Below the pieces are notes generated by a model that saw nothing but the letters and a program-made list of their open reading frames with translations, ran no database searches and was not told the origin of the DNA. The position numbers and the translations under genes are program-made. Below, one piece after another: positions 10,140 to 18,911 of a stretch of 64,000 nucleotides of DNA. This DNA comes from Ignavibacteria bacterium (lineage in GTDB: Bacteria > Bacteroidota > Ignavibacteria > Kapaibacteriales > UBA961): contig CANLII010000003.1 in the NCBI GenBank assembly GCA_947491315.1, positions 79,443 through 143,442 on the forward strand, read 5' to 3'. Numbering within the stretch: position 1 is the first letter of the stretch; each line of letters starts with the position of its first letter.

Positions 10140-11519
10140 ATGGATTTGACGCTGATACTACTTCTACTCCTTTTGTTCATGGGAGTATATTCCATTTGGT
10201 ATTCAAATAGAACATCAAATCAACAACAGTCCGGCGAGAGTGCTGACAAACTCATCAAGCTTGATGCGGATATCTCACGCATGGATCCACTCATCCGTGA
10301 AGAATTTGGAAGAAATCGCGAAGAAAATCAGCGCGCTCTTCGTGAGTCCAGAGAAGAACAACAAATGGCATTCATGAATTTTGAACGAAGATTATCCGAG
10401 ACCGTTCGCGAATTGAATGATATGCAAAGACAGAAGTTTGAAGATTTGATTTCCAAGCAAGAGAATATTCGTAAGAATGCCGATGAAAAACTCTCCGAGA
10501 TTCGAAATACCATGGAAATCAAACTGAGAAATCTGCAAGAAGATAATGCAAAACAACTTGATGAAATACGCAAAACAGTCGATGAAAAACTACAAGAAGG
10601 ATTGGAGCAAAGATTCAATCAATCATTTACATTGATCAGTGATAGACTCGAACAAGTGCACAAAGGACTCGGCGAAATGCAAGGACTGGCCAGTGGAGTC
10701 GGCGATTTGAAGAAAGTGCTCAGTAATGTGAAAACTAGAGGCATCGTTGGTGAGATTCAACTCAGAAATCTACTTGAAGAATTTCTCACTAGAGATCAAT
10801 TTGAAGAAAATGTGATCGTAAAACCAGGAACTCAAGAGCGTGTGGAATTCGCCGTAAAATTGCCGAATAAGAATCAAGGTGGAGAAGACATTTTCGTGCC
10901 CATTGATTCAAAATTTCCAATTGAAGTCTATGAGCGATTGATCGATGCATATAATGCTGCTGGCACAATTCCACAAAAAGAATTAGATGCGGCAAGAAAA
11001 GCTTTTGCAGATGTTGTGAAAGAAAATGCAAAAACCATTTCATCGAAATATATTAATCCTCCGGTCACGACAGATTTTGCTGTGATGTTTGTTCCAACAG
11101 AAGGACTCTATGCCGAGATACTTCATCTGCCAGGTTTGTCAGAGATCCTAAGAAAAGAATATCAAATCATCATTGTCGGCCCAACAAATCTGGTTGCCTA
11201 TTTGAGCAGTTTGCAAATGGGGTTCAGAACATTGGCAATTGAAAAGAGATCAAGCGAAGTGTGGCAATTGCTAAGTGCCGTGAAAACTGAATTTGGCAAA
11301 TTCGGAGTCGTGCTTGAAGCCACAAGACGCAAATTGGAATTAGCTGCAAATGATATAGACAAAGCAGGTGTGCGCTCAAGAGCGATAGAGAAGAAACTTC
11401 GGGATGTGCAGGAATTGCCTTCTGGATACAGTCAAGATATTTTACAATTGCCGGCTTTTGGTGAAACTGAAGATCCTGATTCCGATCTAACATATCTTGA
11501 TTCTGAAGAACTTGAGTAA
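10140..11519 (+). CDS. rmuC: DNA recombination protein RmuC
   Basis: N-terminal TM helix (LILLLLLLFMGVYSIW) and a long charged coiled coil. C-terminal RmuC nuclease-like region: IFVPIDSKFPIEVYERL, DFAVMFVPTEGLYAE, IIIVGPTNLVAYL. Confidence 0.85.
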   Translation: MDLTLILLLLLLFMGVYSIWYSNRTSNQQQSGESADKLIKLDADISRMDPLIREEFGRNREENQRALRESREEQQMAFMNFERRLSETVRELNDMQRQKFEDLISKQENIRKNADEKLSEIRNTMEIKLRNLQEDNAKQLDEIRKTVDEKLQEGLEQRFNQSFTLISDRLEQVHKGLGEMQGLASGVGDLKKVLSNVKTRGIVGEIQLRNLLEEFLTRDQFEENVIVKPGTQERVEFAVKLPNKNQGGEDIFVPIDSKFPIEVYERLIDAYNAAGTIPQKELDAARKAFADVVKENAKTISSKYINPPVTTDFAVMFVPTEGLYAEILHLPGLSEILRKEYQIIIVGPTNLVAYLSSLQMGFRTLAIEKRSSEVWQLLSAVKTEFGKFGVVLEATRRKLELAANDIDKAGVRSRAIEKKLRDVQELPSGYSQDILQLPAFGETEDPDSDLTYLDSEELE

Positions 11520-11537
11520 TCAAGTATTGAGAAGTAT

Positions 11538-11566
11538 GGCGAGGCATTGGTCTCGCCAGTGTTTTT
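11538..11566 (+). terminator. Terminator-like hairpin after rmuC
   Basis: ggcgag (11538-11543) / ctcgcc (11552-11557) with an 8-nt loop, then agtgttttt. Confidence 0.5.
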
Positions 11567-11624
11567 CAGGGTATTTTTATCTCCTAATCTGTGTAATTTA
11601 CCAATCCTAATTTTCCTCGAAACC

Positions 11625-13745
11625 ATGGAACAACAGAATATCATCATACATAGAGCAAAAACGCTCGATATCTTGCATTCATCAGCCGAGAGATTGAAGA
11701 AGAAGCAGGGATCTGTGGTTTTTCTATCCGGAGAAACGGGTTTTGGAAAGACCACTCTATTGAGAGAATTCGAAGATGCTTCTCAAAAACAAGATAAAGC
11801 ACTTGTTTCCATGGCATCATGTCAGGCACCTGTAGGCACAATGCAAGTGGGAATGTTGCAACCGCTCGGACCATTTTTGCGATTGATCGAAGAATTAAAA
11901 TCTTCTCAATCGGTAATGACGCCGAAGAAAAAATTGGCGATTAATATCGGTATGACATTGCTCACTTCCGTACCGTATTTCGGTGATTTGGTTGATGCCG
12001 TTAAAGAAATCAATCGTGATGTTCAATTGTATAAAGACGAAAAACAGCATACGGAAAGCAAAAAAGAAGAGCAAGATAAAAAGGATTTATATCTAGAACT
12101 TTTTAAAACATTGTCTGAATGGTCAAGCAAAAGTCCTTTGATTTTAATCTTTGATGACATGCACTGGTGTGATGCAGAATCGGCATTGCTTATTGAAAAA
12201 CTTATTGAGAAGATTGATTCACTTCCCATTTTGCTTGTTCTTGCTTATCGAAAAAGCGTTGCTGAAGAAACGCTGTCCCCTCTGCTTAGTGTATTGCGAA
12301 CAGTCAAAGATGATGGCAAATCTTATCGTTATTGCGAGGTAGAAGCATTCTCAAAATCAGAGGTTCGTGAATTATGTGTGAGAATTCTTCCCCAATATTC
12401 CGGTAATGCTGAATTTGAATCAACATTATATGATAAAACATCTGGCATACCGAGTGTGGTCACTGAATATGTGAGATATTTTGCGAAAGTTTCTCCATTC
12501 AAAGATGATGGTTCGGTCAAAGAGGAATTTACTCGCGGAGATCTTCTCCCATCGAGTGTTCATGCGGCTTTTTCAAAGTTGATAGAAAATCTCAATGAAG
12601 AAGAAATTATGCTCCTTTCATTATGTTCTGCTGAGGGAGTAGAGAGTAGTGCATTCATCATTTCCAAAATTCTGAATACGGATATCGTAACAGCAATTCG
12701 AAGAATAAAGAGAGTTCAGGCAAAGACAGGTGTATTACGAAGTCTTGGTCCGCATGAACGATATGGAGTGAAGACCACACTGTTTGAATTTACACAGACC
12801 TTCTATCGAGACTATTTTGAGAAGTCTTTGGAATATGAAGAAAAGACAGAAATTCATAGTCAAATGATGCATGTTTTGCAGGAGCAGGCTGAAGGACTTG
12901 ATGAAGTGCAAAGATCAAAAATTACTCCTTATATCGTTGCACATGCAAATGGAGCCGGTGAAAAAGAAGTAATGCAACATGGACTGCTTGAAATAGCACA
13001 GACTTCTCAACATATGTCATTACCGAGCATGAGTGGCTTCGCACTTCAGCAGTATGATGCGAATATCAAGCAATTGACATCTGTTGGTGAGGAATCGCCG
13101 ATAGACATGAAACTCCAAAGAACGAGAATCGGTGCTGAACTTCGAGAAGATTTTGGAATGAGTGTTCTCACACCAGAGCAAGTCGAGTATCAAGAGCATA
13201 AAAATGAAGATGCATCCGAAGAACAATTACATGAGATAGTTAAAGCAGACTCAGCCGGAATGGAAAGGGAGATGATTGCACTATGTGAGGAAGAATCCTA
13301 TGAACAAGCTCTGCTTCAAGGAAATGAATTTCTAGGTTTACATGCGGGTTCAATTCCAAAGCGTGATGAAGCCATGATTTCCTTGTTGATGGCCAGAATC
13401 TCACTCATTGTCGGAGAACATGAGAAATCCGATCTTTTTCTCAAAGAAACCGATAGAATTCAAGAAAAAATTAAAGATCCAATTATTGAATGTCTTCTTG
13501 ATAATGCATATGCAACATATCATCTGGCTATGCATGATGATGTTCCGGCTTGGAAACATCTCCAAAAAGCGGCTCAATCAAGCGTGGATTTGGGGCGCGA
13601 ATATCAATTATTGACAATAGCCAATATTGCAAAGTTGCTTTCAGGGACAAGAAAATCAGAAGCAAATAAATATAAAAAAGCCGCTCAAACTTTGGCAAAA
13701 TCACTGAATATGCCCTCACTACATACATTGATTTCATCTCTCTGA
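11625..13745 (+). CDS. P-loop NTPase of the AAA_16/STAND-like type with C-terminal helical (TPR-like) repeats; no recognisable effector or DNA-binding domain
   Basis: ORF 11547..13745. ATG 11625 (MEQQNIIIHRAKTLD) avoids a hydrophobic, intergenic-looking extension. Walker A VVFLSGETGFGKTTLL and Walker B PLILIFDDMHWCD. The C-terminal ~200 aa are helical-repeat-like, preceded by an acidic linker (EQVEYQEHKNEDASEEQ). Confidence 0.65.
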   Translation: MEQQNIIIHRAKTLDILHSSAERLKKKQGSVVFLSGETGFGKTTLLREFEDASQKQDKALVSMASCQAPVGTMQVGMLQPLGPFLRLIEELKSSQSVMTPKKKLAINIGMTLLTSVPYFGDLVDAVKEINRDVQLYKDEKQHTESKKEEQDKKDLYLELFKTLSEWSSKSPLILIFDDMHWCDAESALLIEKLIEKIDSLPILLVLAYRKSVAEETLSPLLSVLRTVKDDGKSYRYCEVEAFSKSEVRELCVRILPQYSGNAEFESTLYDKTSGIPSVVTEYVRYFAKVSPFKDDGSVKEEFTRGDLLPSSVHAAFSKLIENLNEEEIMLLSLCSAEGVESSAFIISKILNTDIVTAIRRIKRVQAKTGVLRSLGPHERYGVKTTLFEFTQTFYRDYFEKSLEYEEKTEIHSQMMHVLQEQAEGLDEVQRSKITPYIVAHANGAGEKEVMQHGLLEIAQTSQHMSLPSMSGFALQQYDANIKQLTSVGEESPIDMKLQRTRIGAELREDFGMSVLTPEQVEYQEHKNEDASEEQLHEIVKADSAGMEREMIALCEEESYEQALLQGNEFLGLHAGSIPKRDEAMISLLMARISLIVGEHEKSDLFLKETDRIQEKIKDPIIECLLDNAYATYHLAMHDDVPAWKHLQKAAQSSVDLGREYQLLTIANIAKLLSGTRKSEANKYKKAAQTLAKSLNMPSLHTLISSL

Positions 13746-13920
13746 TTCCTGCAAATCACAAACAAAAACCTCCATTCTCATATTTATTTCAATATCACCT
13801 ATAATATCATGGCGATATACTAGATTTATTGCCATAAATATGGATCGATAAATTAATTGCTTGACATAATGTAATTATGATTGCACATAAGGAAAAACTT
13901 TCGTTTTTTTGTAGCATCTT

Positions 13921-13981
13921 AGTGGGAGAAAGTGGGGGATGTTTGAAATGTTCAGCAATTGCATTTGATCGTGGAGGGAAG
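13921..13981 (+). promoter_or_regulatory. Distal array of GTGGG direct repeats (MraZ-box-like)
   Basis: AGTGGGAGAA AGTGGGGGAT: GTGGG at 13923-13927 and 13933-13937 (10-bp phase). Then AATTGCAT (13957-13964) and GTGGAGGGAAG (13971-13981). A TTGACA hexamer lies at 13861-13866. Confidence 0.45.
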
Positions 13982-14355
13982 CCATTATCATATGTTTAGC
14001 CGGAATTCCTTGATATAAGGCATGCAGCAGCCATGAGGAAGTTCTTTGGGATTACAATTCTGGTCAATAAGAAGTCGAGATTACGCTGAACAAATAACAT
14101 CCCCTTTCCCATAATGCCCTCCGATAGTATGCAGTAAATCACACCATAATTAAACTCGCATTTCTTAAGTCCATACATATTATCCATTTACACTTATTTA
14201 GTGCAAAGTGGATAGTACTTGTTTTTCAATGATTATGACTAAATAAAATAACGGCAATACAATCTCATCAATATCTCATTAATCACGAATAATCCATGAT
14301 CTAGGGGAAAAGATGGCAAAACATGAAAAAACTATTGGTTAAGTCATCTTGATTT

Positions 14356-14430
14356 GTGAGATTTGTGTGAAAATTGTGGGTAAAAGTGGGGACTGTGAAA
14401 CAGGAATTGCATCGTGTGGGAGAAAATGGC
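14356..14430 (+). promoter_or_regulatory. Proximal array of 10-bp-phased GTG(G/A)(G/A) direct repeats; putative MraZ operator / Pmra region
   Basis: GTGAG 14356-60, GTGTG 14365-69, GTGGG 14376-80, GTGGG 14386-90 and GTGAA 14395-99. Then AATTGCAT 14404-11, GTGGG 14416-20 and ATGGC 14426-30. It ends 136 bp upstream of the mraZ ATG. AAAGTGGG matches the known MraZ box core. Confidence 0.6.
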
Positions 14431-14565
14431 GGAAAGTTATTTTCTTTCTCGGTATACATATCAATCAAATGGCATGCAGCGATGTGAAGGAGCCTACATT
14501 GATTTGTGCACATTTGATTCCTGTCAGCAATCTCTTGAGAAACCATTCATCAATTACATATAACG

Positions 14566-15021
14566 ATGGCTTTTTACAAAGGACAAGAAACATATTCGGT
14601 TGACTCAAAGGGTCGATTGAATATCCCTGCAAAGATGCGGAGGGCTTTGTCTCCTGAGGCACTGAATACATTCGTGCTTACTCGAGGCTCAGACCGCTGT
14701 GTTGCTGCATATCCTTTGGATGAGTGGCGTCGTTATGAGCTTGAATATGCGAAGCTCAATCAATATGATGAACAAAGCAGATTTTTTCTTCGCACTGTTT
14801 TGGCATGGAGTGAGGAAGTTGAATTAGATGGTCAACAAAGAATCATGGTGCCAAAAAAATACCTTGACTTTGCAGGTATTGACGGAAAGGTTATGATAGT
14901 CGGCATGATTGATCATATCGAATTGTGGCAACCCGAAGAATTTGAGATATATCTCTCAAAATCTGAAGCAAGCTATGAGCAGGTTGCTTCACAGGTGATG
15001 CAGCGTCCGAATGGGCAATAA
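14566..15021 (+). CDS. mraZ: Transcriptional regulator MraZ
   Basis: MAFYKGQETYSVDSKGRLNIPAKMRRAL in the first half and ELDGQQRIMVPKKYLDFAGI in the second. This is the duplicated SpoVT/AbrB-like MraZ repeat; the length of 151 aa fits. Confidence 0.92.
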   Translation: MAFYKGQETYSVDSKGRLNIPAKMRRALSPEALNTFVLTRGSDRCVAAYPLDEWRRYELEYAKLNQYDEQSRFFLRTVLAWSEEVELDGQQRIMVPKKYLDFAGIDGKVMIVGMIDHIELWQPEEFEIYLSKSEASYEQVASQVMQRPNGQ

Positions 15022-15979
15022 AAAGAAATACAAATCCAAGCGCAGACCAAGAGTCGCCGACAATCCCGATTTGCAAGAATATGATTATCATTTGCCGGTG
15101 ATGTTGAAAGAATGTTTGGAAGGATTGATGGTTCTTGGTGCTACCGGCACATATATCGATGGAACTCTTGGTGGTGGTGGTCATACCGCAGAGATTCTTG
15201 CCCAGCTGGATGAAACTGGTGTACTGATTTCTTATGATGCAGATCCCGATGCAATTGCGCATTGTACACAGAAATTTGCAGAGCTGCTTGAGGAATCGCC
15301 ATCGAAGCTTTCAATGCGACAAATGAATTTTGTTTCAATGATTGAAGATGAAATTCAGAATGATTCAATCTCCGGTGTCTTATTGGATCTTGGCGTATCT
15401 TCAAGACAGTTGGACAAGGGGCAAAGAGGAATCAGTTATAGATTCAATACGAAATTAGATATGCGATTCGGACCGCATGGTCAAACTGCGGAAGACTTGC
15501 TAAACACAGTTGAGGAGGGTAAACTCCACCATATTCTGCGAGGTTTCGGGGAAGAGCCTTTTGCAAGAATAATCGCACGGCGGATCATTGAGCGCCGCCG
15601 TGCGGCTCCTCTGCAATCAACATATGATTTGCGACATATAATAGAAGAATGCGTACCGCCTCACATGGCATCCAAATCTTTGGCAAGAGTGTTTCAGGCA
15701 CTTCGGATAGCTGTGAATGGAGAATTGGATGTACTGGAGAAAACCATCAGAGGTATCATTCCAAAATTGAAAAAAGGCGGACGAATTGTCATCATGTCCT
15801 ATCACTCATTAGAAGACAGAATCGTAAAGCATGTGTTCAAAGAATTAGCATCGAAACTTGATGATGCCATTCCGTCAATAAAGATCCTCACCAATAAGCC
15901 GATTGAAGCCACAGATGAGGAAATTTCAAGAAATCCCAGAGCACGAACGGCTAAATTACGAATTGCTGAAAAGTGCTGA
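15011..15979 (+). CDS. rsmH: 16S rRNA (cytosine1402-N4)-methyltransferase RsmH (MraW)
   Basis: HLPVMLKECLEGL, GTLGGGGHT, LLDLGVSSRQLD, FGEEPFA and SYHSLEDRIVK. The ATG at 15011 overlaps the mraZ end and adds a Lys/Arg-rich ~25-aa N-terminal extension, so the start is uncertain. Confidence 0.9.
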   Translation: MGNKKKYKSKRRPRVADNPDLQEYDYHLPVMLKECLEGLMVLGATGTYIDGTLGGGGHTAEILAQLDETGVLISYDADPDAIAHCTQKFAELLEESPSKLSMRQMNFVSMIEDEIQNDSISGVLLDLGVSSRQLDKGQRGISYRFNTKLDMRFGPHGQTAEDLLNTVEEGKLHHILRGFGEEPFARIIARRIIERRRAAPLQSTYDLRHIIEECVPPHMASKSLARVFQALRIAVNGELDVLEKTIRGIIPKLKKGGRIVIMSYHSLEDRIVKHVFKELASKLDDAIPSIKILTNKPIEATDEEISRNPRARTAKLRIAEKC

Positions 15980-16047
15980 CTTATCCCTTCTAAGCGAATT
16001 GCTTTTGCTATATTGCCATATATTATCACCAATACAAAAGAAAAATC

Positions 16048-18240
16048 ATGCCATTTAAAAGACTCCTTTTTGCACTTGTACTACTATGTATCATGCAGTC
16101 ATTTGCATACTCATTTGAAGTTAAATCCGTGCAAGACATAGCTGTGATATCAACTGATTCATTGGCGATACCATCCTATCTCTCAAAGCACTTTGGTGAT
16201 ACCGTGATTATAAGAGGGAAGGCAGGGAATGATGTATTGATGAATGCTACCGGTGGCGACAGAAGGCCGATCATGCTCGTAGGAAAGAGTTGGTTGACAT
16301 ACATTGCCGGAGCTGATTCAAGTATCGAGCCAAAAGCCGGAATTGCAATTTTTCAAAGAGACACGAATATTCGCACAACGCAATTTGATAAAATCAAAAC
16401 AGGTGATATCATTGAATGTACAGCGATTGTGACAAATCTTCCATATGAATTAGATGATTTCAATCAACAAAGAAGAGCATTGCCGGCACTGGAGTTACTT
16501 ACTTCTACACCTGTAAAAACCATTTTCAGAAATTCAGAAATGGACATTGTTCCAGTTCTAAATGTATCAGATTTTTATACAGGTACGAGAGCAAGAAACC
16601 CCAAAACTTCAGCAAGTATGTATGCAGGAAGAAAAGTGAGATTTGATTCCGTTATGATTAGTTCAACAAGTCCTGTAATCATGTTTTCTGATGGCAAAGG
16701 AAATGAAATTCCAATGTCAGATCAATCAGGAAACTTTACCACAAAGAATCATTTTATTGAAGAATCACAATTTTCGAGCTACACGGTAGGACAAAAGATT
16801 TTTAAAGTGGAAGGATTTATCACCACATCATTTATAGCAGGTGGTGGCGGAGGACAAGGTGGTGGATCACAATTATATACTTATGCGATAGCACCTGCTT
16901 TGCAAAAAGATGTCACTCCCGGACCAAAACCAGCTACAATTAGTTTGGTTGTACAAAGACCTGCAAAACTGTTCCCATCTTCAAAGGACAAGATTGATAT
17001 TATCTATGATGTATTAAGTGGTACACATCTTGTTACAATGGAAAATATAGCATTGAATGTCTCAATTGACGGTGGTGCTAACTATACGAAATATCCTGCC
17101 CAAGAAGATCTCACAGGAAGTTGGATTGGAACTATACCTGCTCAAGCAGCCGGAACTATTGTCCGATATAACATGTCAGCAATTGATGAAAAAGGCAATT
17201 TGTATCGCCTGCCTGTATCTACAGATTATTTCTATAAAGTTGTTGATACATATCCATCTATTGCCGATGTGAAAATGCCTGATACGATTGACGCAGTTCG
17301 CAATATGAATGGCGCATCTGTGACAATCGAAGGAATTGTAATGTGTGATTCTGCTGATATTTTTGGTGATAGATTTCAGAATCAGGCAAGGGCAGTTGTT
17401 CAAGATGGAAATGGTGCATATTCAGGTGCAACATTTTACAGACAAGGCGGTAATTCCAGAGCGATGCAATTAAAGCGTGGACAGAAAGTACGTCTTACAT
17501 CTAGGTTGCAGGAATTCAGCGGAGTGGTATTTTTTGGTAATATCGATTCCATAGAGGTATTGGGTAATGAAATGCCATATGCACCGGTACAGCTGAAAAC
17601 TTCAGATTTCACCACGAATGCGGGTGGAGTTGAGGGGTCAGACAAATGGCGAGACATGCTTATTGAGTTCAACAATGTTGTGATTGGAACTATTGAGCCA
17701 TCTGCACCGCAATCAACAGGAGAATTCATTATTGTTGATGAATCATCACAGCAAGATATGACTCAAGGAATTCGCCTTGAAACAGATGAAAGTAAATTGA
17801 AATATACAACCAGAGACAGCATAGTATCCGTCACAAATAGAGTGAAGCCAACGATTGGTGAAAAAGTTGATTTTATTCGTGGGATCATTGGTGCGGATTT
17901 CCGCTCAAGGCGCTATAAACTTGTTCCGAGATCTGACAGAGATTTCAGTATTGTCACCTCCGTCAATGAACAAATCAATCTCAATAATGAATTATCATTG
18001 TTTCCAAATCCTGCTTCTGAAAGTGTGTTCTTGTCACTTCAATCAAATGGCTCTGAAATGATATCAATTCGCATAGCTGACATGATATCAGGAAGAGTAT
18101 TGAAAACAATTCAAAAGTCTGCCTCAGCAGATAAGCAACTCATTGAATTTGGTACACATGATTTGCCGAGTGGAATATATTCAGTGAATGTTCAACAAGG
18201 AATGAATGTTTCTATCATTCCATTGACAGTGAAACATTAA
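16048..18240 (+). CDS. Secreted protein of unknown function with T9SS C-terminal sorting domain
   Basis: Signal peptide MPFKRLLFALVLLCIMQSFAYS. Several ~110-aa modules resemble one another (for example VTIEGIVMCD...AVVQDGNGAYSGATFY...GQKVRLTSRLQEFSGVVFF). Gly run AGGGGGQGGGS. C-terminus LSLFPNPASESVFLSLQ...GIYSVNVQQG...IPLTVKH. Confidence 0.6.
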   Translation: MPFKRLLFALVLLCIMQSFAYSFEVKSVQDIAVISTDSLAIPSYLSKHFGDTVIIRGKAGNDVLMNATGGDRRPIMLVGKSWLTYIAGADSSIEPKAGIAIFQRDTNIRTTQFDKIKTGDIIECTAIVTNLPYELDDFNQQRRALPALELLTSTPVKTIFRNSEMDIVPVLNVSDFYTGTRARNPKTSASMYAGRKVRFDSVMISSTSPVIMFSDGKGNEIPMSDQSGNFTTKNHFIEESQFSSYTVGQKIFKVEGFITTSFIAGGGGGQGGGSQLYTYAIAPALQKDVTPGPKPATISLVVQRPAKLFPSSKDKIDIIYDVLSGTHLVTMENIALNVSIDGGANYTKYPAQEDLTGSWIGTIPAQAAGTIVRYNMSAIDEKGNLYRLPVSTDYFYKVVDTYPSIADVKMPDTIDAVRNMNGASVTIEGIVMCDSADIFGDRFQNQARAVVQDGNGAYSGATFYRQGGNSRAMQLKRGQKVRLTSRLQEFSGVVFFGNIDSIEVLGNEMPYAPVQLKTSDFTTNAGGVEGSDKWRDMLIEFNNVVIGTIEPSAPQSTGEFIIVDESSQQDMTQGIRLETDESKLKYTTRDSIVSVTNRVKPTIGEKVDFIRGIIGADFRSRRYKLVPRSDRDFSIVTSVNEQINLNNELSLFPNPASESVFLSLQSNGSEMISIRIADMISGRVLKTIQKSASADKQLIEFGTHDLPSGIYSVNVQQGMNVSIIPLTVKH

Positions 18241-18251
18241 TTTTGACGAAT

Positions 18252-18911
18252 ATGAAACATCCAGTCATTATCGCTCCATCGCTTCTTTCTTCAGATTTCT
18301 CTCAATTGGAATCTGAAGTGAAGCGATGTGCACAAGCCGGTGCAGATATCCTGCATGTGGATGTGATGGACGGACATTTCGTACCAAATATCACGATTGG
18401 TCCACTTATCGTTGAAGCCATCAGGCCGCATACATCACTGCCACTGGATTGTCATCTCATGGTGAGTAATCCCGATGCATATATATCTGCTTTTGCAAAG
18501 GCCGGTGCCGATTGGATTTCAGTTCATGTTGAGGCATGCACGCATTTGCATCGTACGATTGCGCTCATCAAAGATCATGGGAAAAAGGCAGGAGTAGTAC
18601 TCAATCCTATAACTCCGATTGAATATGCATTTGAAGCCGCGCCATTCGTTGATTTTATATTGTTGATGTCGGTCAATCCTGGATTTGGTGGACAGGCATT
18701 TATTCCACAAGTGCTGAACAAGGCAAGAAGGTTGCGCAAGTATCTTGATGACTCAGGTTATGAGCATATTGAAATCGAGATTGATGGCGGTGTGAAGACT
18801 GACAATGTGAAAGATGTTATTGATGCCGGTGTGAATATCATTGTTAGTGGATCTGGAGTATTCTCGGGAGATATGGCTTCGAATATTGCCACTATGAGAT
18901 CTCATGGTTGA
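18252..18911 (+). CDS. rpe: Ribulose-phosphate 3-epimerase
   Basis: The ORF runs from TTG 18243; ATG 18252 gives MKHPVIIAPSLLSSDF. Motifs HVDVMDGHFVPNITIGP, CHLMV, VNPGFGGQAFIP, EIDGG. Confidence 0.92.
   Translation: MKHPVIIAPSLLSSDFSQLESEVKRCAQAGADILHVDVMDGHFVPNITIGPLIVEAIRPHTSLPLDCHLMVSNPDAYISAFAKAGADWISVHVEACTHLHRTIALIKDHGKKAGVVLNPITPIEYAFEAAPFVDFILLMSVNPGFGGQAFIPQVLNKARRLRKYLDDSGYEHIEIEIDGGVKTDNVKDVIDAGVNIIVSGSGVFSGDMASNIATMRSHG

Noticed and set aside
10140-13745. rmuC plus the STAND-like NTPase as a two-gene defence operon.
   Set aside because: rmuC is a widely conserved housekeeping gene. A terminator-like hairpin (11538..11566) and a 105-bp spacer separate the two genes, and there are no other defence-island hallmarks. 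It is kept only as a low-interest finding on the NTPase itself.
13996-14603. Small ORFs inside the mraZ leader (13996..14187 -, 14301..14546 -, 14349..14603 +).
   Set aside because: They have no recognisable motifs. They overlap each other and the mraZ start, and their composition is atypical (Cys/His/Asn-rich). The region is better explained as regulatory DNA.
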